In this document: positions 57,034 to 64,000 of the stretch, piece after piece
How the letters are laid out: each line of letters begins with the position of its first letter
Numbering within the stretch: position 1 is the first letter of the stretch
The notes under the pieces: generated by a model
Database searches by the model: none
Told to the model about the DNA's origin: nothing
What the model saw: the letters and a program-made list of their open reading frames with translations, nothing else
Made by a program: the position numbers and the translations under genes
NCBI GenBank assembly: GCA_963722185.1
Contig: CAVRKD010000004.1
Location: 12,480-76,479, forward strand
Reading direction: 5' to 3'
DNA: 64,000 nucleotides
Source of the DNA: an uncultured Actinomycetes bacterium
GTDB lineage: Bacteria; Actinomycetota; Acidimicrobiia; Acidimicrobiales; JACCXE01

Positions 57034-57437
57034 AGCCGCGCGTCGCGGCACTCTTTCTCGCCGCAGCCGTCGCCGTCGCCGGGCTCTTGTTGTGGAAAGG
57101 GCTGACGAACGCGACGGTGTACTTCAAGACCGTCGACGAGGCGGTGGCCGAACGCGCCCAACTCGGTGACCGTCGCTTCCGTCTCGAAGGCGTCGTGCAA
57201 GCGGGCTCCGTGCACGAGGTGCAGGGAGGTGGTGTCGACTTCGTGGTCGAAGAGAACGGTGCGGAGATCGCGGTGCACCACGTCGGTGATCCCCCGGAGC
57301 TGTTCCGGCCCGGGATCCCGGTCGTACTCGAAGGGCGTTTCACCGGCCAGCGCTTCGCCAGCGACCGCATCCTGGTGAAGCACACCTCCGAGTACCGCCG
57401 CGACAACCCCGACCGTGTGAAGGATTACGAGAAGTGA
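57030..57437 (+). CDS. ccmE: Heme chaperone CcmE
   Basis: There is an N-terminal anchor and an OB-fold. The heme-binding motif is LVKHTSEY (HxxxY). Confidence 0.88.
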   Translation: MKPRVAALFLAAAVAVAGLLLWKGLTNATVYFKTVDEAVAERAQLGDRRFRLEGVVQAGSVHEVQGGGVDFVVEENGAEIAVHHVGDPPELFRPGIPVVLEGRFTGQRFASDRILVKHTSEYRRDNPDRVKDYEK

Positions 57438-59416
57438 CCGGGATCGTCGGCCACAGCGCAGCGTTGCTCGGCCTGCTGGCGTCGCTGATCGGTGTTGTCA
57501 CCCTCGTCGTGGGCCTGACGAAAAAGCGCACCACGTACGTCCGCGCCGCGTGGAGCTATGTGTGGTTCGTCGTCGGCGCGGCGGTAATCGGGTTCGGCGC
57601 GATGGAGGTCGCGCTGCTGCGCAACGACTTCTCGCTGCGCTACGTGGCCGACAACGGCAGCCGTGCGACGCCCCTGCTGTACAAGTTCGCATCGGCTTGG
57701 TCGGCGCTCGAGGGTTCGATCCTGTTATGGGTCCTGGTGCTGTCGGCGTACCTGGGGGCGCTCGCACTCCGCCACCGCGCCCAGCGCGACAACGCCGTAG
57801 TGGGATGGGCACTGGTCGTCATGTTCGTGGTGACGGCGTTTTTCTTCATGCTCCTGATGGGGCCGGCGGATCCGTTCCGAACGGTTGCCGGGGCGACCCC
57901 GCTCGACGGGCCCGGACCGAATCCACTGCTCCAGAACCATCCCTTGATGGCGTTTCACCCTCCGATCCTGTACGCGGGTTACGTCGGGTTCACAGTGCCG
58001 TTCGCGTTCGCCGTGGCGTCGCTGGTCACGGGCCGCATCGACGAGGCGTGGGTGCTGGCGATGCGGCGCTGGACCCTCGTGGCTTTCGGGCTGCTGACCG
58101 TCGGCATCATCCTCGGCGCGTGGTGGTCGTACGAGGTCCTCGGGTGGGGTGGCTTCTGGGCCTGGGACCCGGTGGAGAACGCGTCGTTCCTGCCGTGGCT
58201 CACGGCGACGGCGTACTTGCACTCCGTGCTCGTGCAGGAACGCCGGGGGATGTTGCGCGTCTGGAACCTCTCGTTGGTCACCGCCACGTTCGCTCTGACG
58301 ATCTTGGGCACCTTCCTCACGCGGTCCGGCGTCCTTGACTCCGTGCATTCCTTCACTGAGTCGGGCATCGGTCCGCTGCTGCTCGGCTTCTTCGCGGTGA
58401 TCGTCGTCACCGTGTGTGGGCTGCTCGCCTGGCGCGGCGACGCCCTGCGCTCACCCGGCACCCTCGACTCGCCGGTCTCGCGCGAGGCGGCGTTCCTCAT
58501 GAACAACCTGTTGTTCGCGGCGTTCGCCTTCGTCGTGCTGCTGGGCACGGTTTTCCCGCTCATCGCCGAGGCGGTCAACAACACGCGCTTGTCGATCGGA
58601 CGGCCCTACTTCGACCGCATGACAACGCCGATCGGGCTGGCGTTGCTGTTCTTGATGGCGGTGGCGCCGGCGCTCCCGTGGCGGAAGGCCAGCAAAGGCG
58701 TCATGCGCGACCGCCTGCTGATTCCGGCGTGGATCGGCGGGCTGACGTTGGTCGTGCTGGTCGCCGCAGGCATGCGCAGCCTCGCGGCGCTGAGCGCGTT
58801 CGCGCTCGGCGCCTTCGCCGGCGCGGCCGCGCTGCGACAACTCGCCTTGGCGGCGCGGGCGGCGCGGCGCGCCGGCGAGCCGTGGTGGCGCGGCGTGTCC
58901 GGTCGCGCCAACGGCGGCATGGTCGTGCACCTAGGAGTCGTGGTCCTCGCGGTCGCGTTCGCGGCGTCGATGTCGTTCGTGCAACGCGACGAGTTCCGCC
59001 TCAAGCCGGGGCAGTCGGCGTCACTGCGTGGTCACGACATCACGTACCTGGGTGCGGACACGGTGAAGCATCCGAACCGCACATCGGTGGTGGCGTCGGT
59101 GCGGGTGGACGGCCAGCGCGTGTATCGGCCGGCAGTCAGCACGTATCCATTCGCCACCCAGTCCATCGGCACACCGTCGGTGCGCGGCGGGCTGTTCGAC
59201 GACGTGTACCTCACGCTGGTGGCGGCGCCGACGACGCCTACGGGCACGGCCGTCATCGGAGTCGTCGTGACGCCGTTGGTCAACTGGTTGTGGGCCGGAG
59301 GCGGGATCATCGCCGTGGGCACGGCGTTGGCGTTGGTGCCCGGCCGGCGCCGGCGCCCCACCGCGCCGGTTTCGGAGCCCACGTTCGTGGCCGAATCCGC
59401 CTCGGTCCCGGTATGA
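57434..59416 (+). CDS. ccmF: Cytochrome c heme lyase subunit CcmF
   Basis: The WWD motif is WGGFWAWDPVENASFLPW. The product is 660 aa with many TM segments. Confidence 0.92.
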   Translation: MTGIVGHSAALLGLLASLIGVVTLVVGLTKKRTTYVRAAWSYVWFVVGAAVIGFGAMEVALLRNDFSLRYVADNGSRATPLLYKFASAWSALEGSILLWVLVLSAYLGALALRHRAQRDNAVVGWALVVMFVVTAFFFMLLMGPADPFRTVAGATPLDGPGPNPLLQNHPLMAFHPPILYAGYVGFTVPFAFAVASLVTGRIDEAWVLAMRRWTLVAFGLLTVGIILGAWWSYEVLGWGGFWAWDPVENASFLPWLTATAYLHSVLVQERRGMLRVWNLSLVTATFALTILGTFLTRSGVLDSVHSFTESGIGPLLLGFFAVIVVTVCGLLAWRGDALRSPGTLDSPVSREAAFLMNNLLFAAFAFVVLLGTVFPLIAEAVNNTRLSIGRPYFDRMTTPIGLALLFLMAVAPALPWRKASKGVMRDRLLIPAWIGGLTLVVLVAAGMRSLAALSAFALGAFAGAAALRQLALAARAARRAGEPWWRGVSGRANGGMVVHLGVVVLAVAFAASMSFVQRDEFRLKPGQSASLRGHDITYLGADTVKHPNRTSVVASVRVDGQRVYRPAVSTYPFATQSIGTPSVRGGLFDDVYLTLVAAPTTPTGTAVIGVVVTPLVNWLWAGGGIIAVGTALALVPGRRRRPTAPVSEPTFVAESASVPV

Positions 59417-59979
59417 CCGTCGCCGCGCCGGGGCGTCATCGTCGCATCGCGCCGTGGATCGCCGGCGCGGTCGGGGTGGTGTTGCTCGCAGTCGTGGTCG
59501 TGGCCGCAACGGCCAAACCCGCGCAGCAGCGCGTCGCCGACAGTCCGCTCCTCGGCCACGCCGCGCCCGCCGCCGCCGGAGAGGTCATCTCCGGCCCTCA
59601 GCAGACGCTCGCAACCTTGCGCGGCAAGTACGTCATCGTCAACTTCTTCGCCACGTGGTGCGTGCCGTGTCGGCGTGAGCACCCGGAACTGATCAAGTTC
59701 GCCGCTCGACACGCGACCGTCGACGACGCGGCGGTCCTCCAGGTCGTCTACGGCGACCGCGCGTCGACCGTGCGTTCCTTCCTCGAGGACCATGGCGGCG
59801 AGTGGACGGTGCTCGACGACCCGACCGGAAAGATCTCGCTGGACTGGGGCGTCGGGGGCCTGCCCGAGAGCTACCTCGTCGACCCGAACGGGTTCGTGCT
59901 TTACAAGATCACGGGCGGCGCTGACGCGCAAGGCCTAGAGGACCTGCTCCGTCAAGCGAAGGCGGGCCCGGCCGGGTGA
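59413..59979 (+). CDS. ccmG: Thiol:disulfide oxidoreductase CcmG/DsbE
   Basis: There is a TM anchor and a thioredoxin fold with FFATWCVPCRRE. It overlaps ccmF through ATGA. Confidence 0.88.
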   Translation: MTVAAPGRHRRIAPWIAGAVGVVLLAVVVVAATAKPAQQRVADSPLLGHAAPAAAGEVISGPQQTLATLRGKYVIVNFFATWCVPCRREHPELIKFAARHATVDDAAVLQVVYGDRASTVRSFLEDHGGEWTVLDDPTGKISLDWGVGGLPESYLVDPNGFVLYKITGGADAQGLEDLLRQAKAGPAG

Positions 59980-60434
59980 CACGGAAGCGTCTGGCTTGGC
60001 TCGCCCTCGTCGCCGTCGTCGCAGTGGCGCTCGTCCTCGCCGCCCTCGGGCCGGGCGACGAGAAGTCGTCCCCGGCCAAACAAGCCGACACCATCGCTCG
60101 GAGCGTTCGCTGTCCGACGTGCCGCGGTCAGTCGGTGGCGGAGTCGGCGGCACCCGCCGCGCAGGCGATCCGCACCGAGATCCGTCGCCGGCTCGACGCC
60201 GGCGAGTCCCGCGCTGAGATCGAGGCGTACTTCGTCGGCCGCTACGGCGGCGACATCCTCCTGACCCCGCCCCGCGGCGGCATCGGCGGCCTCGTGTGGA
60301 TCGTGCCCGTCGTCGCAATCGTGGGTGCGGCCGCCGGCCTCGGCCTCGCGTTGCAGCGCTGGTCGCGCCGCTCGCTGGCCCATCCGACCGAGGCAGACCG
60401 CGCCTTGGTCGCCAACGCGGATCCGCCGTCGTGA
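59976..60434 (+). CDS. ccmH: Cytochrome c maturation protein CcmH
   Basis: The motif is VRCPTCRGQSVAES (LRCxxC type), with a C-terminal TM. Confidence 0.88.
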   Translation: MTRKRLAWLALVAVVAVALVLAALGPGDEKSSPAKQADTIARSVRCPTCRGQSVAESAAPAAQAIRTEIRRRLDAGESRAEIEAYFVGRYGGDILLTPPRGGIGGLVWIVPVVAIVGAAAGLGLALQRWSRRSLAHPTEADRALVANADPPS

Positions 60435-61153
60435 ACGAGGCCGAACGCGCCGAGCTGGTTGCCGAGCGCGACTTCTTGTTGCGTTCGATCGCCGATCTCG
60501 ATGCTGAGCAGGAAGCCGGCGATCTCGCCGACGACGACTTCGCCGGCCTGCGCGACGACTACGTCGCCCGCGCCGCCGCCGTCATGCGCGCGCTGGAGGA
60601 ACGTTCTGAGGAGGTTCGCGCCGCTCCTGGCGCGGAAAACCTCCTCAGAAAGCGGCGGGGGCTCGTGGTCGTCGCCACCTGCCTTTTGGTCGCGCTCTTA
60701 GCCGGTGTCGCGCTCGCCAACTCAGCGGGCTCGCGGTCGCCGGGCGCGCCGCTGTCTGGGTCGCTGCCGACGTCGACGGCGGACCGCCTGGCGCGCGCGT
60801 CGGAACTCACCGGCGCGGGAAAGCTGGTCGAGGCGATCAAGGTGTACGACGAGATCCTCGAGGACGACCCGGAACAGCCGGCGGCCCTGGCCTACCGCGG
60901 CTGGATCGTGCGGCTCGCGGGACTCAAAGACGAAGGTCTCGCCTACGAGGACAGGGCGGTGGCGGCGGACCCGTCCTATCCCGACGCTCATTTCTTCCGC
61001 GGGATGATGCTGTGGCAGGACAAAGGGGACCCCGCGGCGGCGGTGGCGGAGTTTCGTCTCTTTCTTTCCAATCGTCCCCCGCAGGCGATGGTCAAGTTGG
61101 TCGAGGACGCGTTGGCGGAGGCCTCAAAAGAAGCTGGCATTACCGACGAGTAA
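60431..61153 (+). CDS. ccmI: TPR-containing CcmI-like protein
   Basis: The GTG overlaps the ccmH stop. There is one TM (VVVATCLLVALLAGVALA) followed by TPR-like repeats. Confidence 0.62.
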   Translation: MNEAERAELVAERDFLLRSIADLDAEQEAGDLADDDFAGLRDDYVARAAAVMRALEERSEEVRAAPGAENLLRKRRGLVVVATCLLVALLAGVALANSAGSRSPGAPLSGSLPTSTADRLARASELTGAGKLVEAIKVYDEILEDDPEQPAALAYRGWIVRLAGLKDEGLAYEDRAVAADPSYPDAHFFRGMMLWQDKGDPAAAVAEFRLFLSNRPPQAMVKLVEDALAEASKEAGITDE

Positions 61154-61309
61154 CCGGGCGCTCGCGAAAGTTCCTCTTTACCTGGCCGTAACTCTGTCGT
61201 ACTTTGCCAGTCCATACGCACGGCGTGGCTGGGGTTGCGCCGCAAGTGCTCTGAATCTGCCGGTCGGGCTGAGGTGGGGGTGGTCCGGCCGGCGGATCCA
61301 GGGGTTCGG

Positions 61310-62425
61310 TTAGGCCCCGAGCGCGCGCAACTTTGCAACGACCGTTGGGAACGCCGCGCTGAACGCGGCGATGTCGGCGTCGGTGGTCGACCAGCCGACC
61401 GACAATCGCAAACTGCGCTGGGCGTCCACGCCCATCGCCTCGAGCACCGGCGACGGCTCGAGCGATTCGGACGAACACGCACTGCCGGAGTGCGCGGCGA
61501 CGCCCGACTGATCGAGGCCCAGGAGCACCGCTTCGGACTCCACCCCCTCGACGCCCACGCACACGATGTGCGGCACCCGACCGATCGGGTCGCCGTACTG
61601 CACGACACCGTCGACCGCGGTAGCGGCGTCGGCGGCGGCGCCCGTTTGGAGGTACGCCGCGTTCGCTTCGCGCTCCTGCGACTCGGCGAGTACGTCGGCC
61701 GCCGCGGCGAAGGCCTCGACGAGCGCGACGGCTTCGAGGCCCGCTCGCCGCGCCCGCTCCTGATCGCCGCCCACGAGGAAGGGATCGAGACGCAGCCCGC
61801 GCCGCACCAGCAGCGCGCCCACCCCCACCGGTGCTCCGAACTTCGGGCCGCTGATCGACATGAGGTCGGCCCCGAGCTCGTCGAACTCGATTGGTACGTG
61901 TCCCGCCGCCGCCGCGGCGTCGACGTGCAGTAGGACGCCGCGCTCCTGACACAACGCGGCGATCTCGGCGACTGGTTGCAAGGTCGCGACTTCGTGGTTG
62001 GCCCACTGGCAATGCACGAGCGCCACGTTCTCTTCCAGCAGCGCGCGCACGGCGTCGACCGAGATGCGACCCTGGCCGTCGACTTCGGGCACGCGCACGC
62101 TTCCGTGACGCGCTGACGCGTCGCGCACCGCGGAGTGTTCTACCGCGGCCGCCACGAATCCACCCGTTGGACGTCGGGCGGCGGCACCAAAGCACGCCGC
62201 GTTGATCGCTTCGGTGGCCCCACTGGTGAACACCACCGACCGCGGTCGCGTCCCGAAGAACGCGGCGACTCGTGCGCGGGCGTCTTCGAGCGCCACGCGT
62301 GCCATGCGGCCTTCGGTGTGGACCCGTCCGGGGTCGCCGGTCACGTCGAGCCACTCGAGCAGCGCGGCTCGCGCCTCGGGGCGCAACGGCGACACGGACG
62401 CGTGGTCCAGGTACGCGCGTGTCAC
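61310..62425 (-). CDS. Cysteine desulfurase (class V aminotransferase, NifS/IscS-like)
   Basis: Motifs are YLDHAS, the PLP-Lys region ISGPKFGAP, and the active-site loop SGSACSS. The GTG at 62425 is preceded by GGGAG. The track ORF extends to 62470. Confidence 0.85.
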   Translation of the reverse strand: MTRAYLDHASVSPLRPEARAALLEWLDVTGDPGRVHTEGRMARVALEDARARVAAFFGTRPRSVVFTSGATEAINAACFGAAARRPTGGFVAAAVEHSAVRDASARHGSVRVPEVDGQGRISVDAVRALLEENVALVHCQWANHEVATLQPVAEIAALCQERGVLLHVDAAAAAGHVPIEFDELGADLMSISGPKFGAPVGVGALLVRRGLRLDPFLVGGDQERARRAGLEAVALVEAFAAAADVLAESQEREANAAYLQTGAAADAATAVDGVVQYGDPIGRVPHIVCVGVEGVESEAVLLGLDQSGVAAHSGSACSSESLEPSPVLEAMGVDAQRSLRLSVGWSTTDADIAAFSAAFPTVVAKLRALGA

Positions 62426-62438
62426 GCGACGGCTCCCG

Positions 62439-63161
62439 TTAGGAGAGCGAGGTGACGCACGATGTGCCACCCATTGCGCGCGAGCTCTCGGTCACAGGGG
62501 CCGTGTCGCCGTAGAGGCCCGCGAGCATGCCTCGCACCATGCCGCGGTCGACCGCGCACATCACCGGGTGATCATGGGCCGCCGCGCCAAAGGGGCACTG
62601 ATCGGAGATGATCGCCAGCGACGTGCCGCGCGCTTCGGCGTGGGCGGCAAAACCGTGGGCGGTGAGCGCGTCGGCCACTGCGGCGAGCGCCGACTTGAAC
62701 GAGCGGTGGACTTCACCGGGCGACATGCGCTCGGCGAGCGAGCGACCGTACTCCTCGCCGACGGACTCGGCGAGCTTCTCGGCCTGGTCTGCGGGCAGCA
62801 TCGCCAACGCTCGCCCGAGCAGGGTCGAGAGCAGATCGTCGCGCCGTCCGTTGAGGTCGAGCGGCTCGACGATGGCCGAGGCCTTGTAATGCTTCGACGG
62901 TCTTCCGGCGCCGGTGTGGCCGCTGCGGTGAACGGTGACCTCGAGGTAACCGCCGGCGGCGAGCTTGTCGAGATGGTGGCGGGCCACGTTCGGATGCAGC
63001 GCGAACTTCTCGGCCACGGCGGTGGCAGTCACGCCATCGGCGGCGTCGCGGGCGAACAGATAGATGTCGCGCCGCGTGGGATCGCCGAAGGCGGACGTGA
63101 CCGCGGAGACGGCCGCGGCGAACTCGTCGTCGGTACGCCGAGTAGAAGCTTCAGCAGGCAC
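62439..63161 (-). CDS. ArsR-type winged-HTH regulator with a C-terminal Cys-containing sensor domain (SufR-like)
   Basis: The N-terminal region is GDPTRRDIYLF...VARHHLDKLAAGGYL. C-terminal Cys residues lie in DQCPFG, VMCAVD and TSCV. It sits upstream of a cysteine desulfurase. Confidence 0.68.
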   Translation of the reverse strand: MPAEASTRRTDDEFAAAVSAVTSAFGDPTRRDIYLFARDAADGVTATAVAEKFALHPNVARHHLDKLAAGGYLEVTVHRSGHTGAGRPSKHYKASAIVEPLDLNGRRDDLLSTLLGRALAMLPADQAEKLAESVGEEYGRSLAERMSPGEVHRSFKSALAAVADALTAHGFAAHAEARGTSLAIISDQCPFGAAAHDHPVMCAVDRGMVRGMLAGLYGDTAPVTESSRAMGGTSCVTSLS

Positions 63162-63173
63162 CCCGATATTCTA

Positions 63174-63187
63174 CCTATCCAGATAGG
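63174..63187. promoter_or_regulatory. Inverted repeat CCTATC-ca-GATAGG between the SufR-like gene and apbC (candidate operator)
   Basis: I read it directly from the sequence. It overlaps the apbC ribosome-binding site AGGAGA (63185-63190). Confidence 0.4.
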
Positions 63188-63197
63188 AGAAATCCCC

Positions 63198-64000
63198 GTG
63201 CCCCTTACGCAAGAGCAGATCACCGAGGCGCTCCGTCCGGTCGAAGACCCCGAACTCCGGCGCAGCATCGTCGACCTCGGCATGGTCAAGAACATCGCCA
63301 TCGACGGCGACAGCGTCGCTGTCACGGTCGCGCTCGACGATCGCCGGCTGCCCGCTGCGGGCTGAGCTCACCAACCGCGTGACGAGCGCCGTTTCGGCCC
63401 TGGGCGCTCGCGACGTCGCAGTCGAGTTCACCGTCATGACCGACGAAGAGCGGGCCAAGGTCTCCGAAATGATGAACGGCGCCGGCCACGGTCATGCCCA
63501 CGCCGGCCACGGACATGACCACGCCCCCGCCAAGCCGCTGCCGTTCCGCGAGGGAAGCCGCACCCGGATCATCGCCGTCAACTCCGGAAAGGGCGGCGTC
63601 GGCAAGAGCTCGGTCACCGTCAACCTCGCGATCGCGCTGAAGCAACTCGGCCACGACGTCGCCATCCTCGACGCCGACGTGTACGGCTTCTCCATCCCGG
63701 CGATGCTCGGCGTCGATCACCCGCCGACCGTGATCGACCAGATGATGGTGCCGCCCGAAGCGCAAGGAATCCGTTGCATCTCGATGGGCTTCTTCATCGA
63801 CGAAGACCAAGCGGTCATCTGGCGCGGCCCGATGCTGCACAAGGCGCTCGAGCAGTTCCTGAGCGACGTGTACTGGGACGAGCCCGACTTCCTCGTCGTC
63901 GACATGCCGCCGGGAACCGGCGACGTGTCGTTGTCGATGGCGCAGTACCTGCCGCGCGCCGAGATCTACGTCGTGACTACGCCGCAGGCCGCGGCGCAGC
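63198..64000 (+). CDS. apbC: Fe-S cluster carrier ATPase ApbC/Mrp (DUF59 plus ParA-type P-loop), with a +1 frameshift near 63336; 3' end beyond the window
   Basis: The DUF59 N-terminus is LRPVEDPELRRSIVDLGMV. After VAL the conserved TIAGCPLRAEL, then SGKGGVGKSS, then the DMPPGTGD motifs continue in the +1 frame. The uncorrected ORF stops at 63365. Confidence 0.85.

Noticed and set aside
58414-59979. The 521-aa ORF at 58414-59979 as a single gene.
   Set aside because: Its first two-thirds overlap ccmF out of frame and are Arg/Gly-rich nonsense. Only the part from ATG 59413 onward has a TM anchor and a thioredoxin WCVPC motif, and that part is CcmG.
61154-61309. A lower-GC intergenic stretch after ccmI as a possible small RNA.
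   Set aside because: I could fold no convincing stem-loops, and there is no promoter-like or terminator-like signal. It lies between convergent genes, where terminator and spacer DNA is expected.

Overview
This is a GC-rich window (about two-thirds G+C by eye, not computed) of densely packed chromosomal DNA. The gene content points to Actinomycetota, possibly a deep-branching class such as Acidimicrobiia. The supporting genes are the long-form LeuA, an archaeal/actinobacterial-type ValRS, a class E sortase, VapBC, a mycothiol-type DinB/MDMPI protein, MmyB-, TetR-, MarR- and ArsR-family regulators, and an AHSA1/SRPBCC protein. This placement is an inference.

I support about 70 protein-coding genes and one tRNA-Ala(CGC). 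I found no rRNA, CRISPR array, transposase or integrase. Many long ORFs in the six-frame track are antisense or shadow ORFs typical of high-GC DNA, and I did not call them. Operons are very tightly packed, and stop/start overlaps of the GTGA or ATGA type recur throughout.

Main content, in order:
- tRNA-Ala, then a SET-domain methyltransferase and an MTHFR-like gene.
- An ABC-2 exporter.
- clpP, divergent from an XRE regulator that is translationally coupled to a ClpP paralog lacking the catalytic triad.
- A Liv-type solute-binding protein, divergent from a single 1302-aa polypeptide that carries both permeases and both ATPases of a Liv-type importer.
- A lipoprotein and an L,D-transpeptidase.
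- valS and cysS head to head.
- cspA, an acyl-CoA dehydrogenase and vapBC.
- A roughly 9-kb co-directional block: MarR, a fused ABC exporter, a cupin, a PAPS-type sulfotransferase, an SDR and an ABC-2 exporter.
- Chorismate mutase and a nitronate monooxygenase.
- A secreted neocarzinostatin-fold/RTX chimera.
- A heavily deleted aldehyde dehydrogenase pseudogene.
- Redox enzymes and a double-cupredoxin lipoprotein.
- A TetR/MacB-type operon.
- leuA, with a structured leader containing tandem repeats and a terminator-like hairpin.
- An ArsR/SRPBCC pair.
- A secreted metzincin with Calx-beta domains.
- gmd.
- ccdA, a sortase, and a complete, translationally coupled System I cytochrome c maturation operon (ccmABCDEFGHI).
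- A SufR-like regulator, a cysteine desulfurase and apbC.

Four otherwise conserved genes carry +1 frameshifts. Each can be repaired by deleting a single G.
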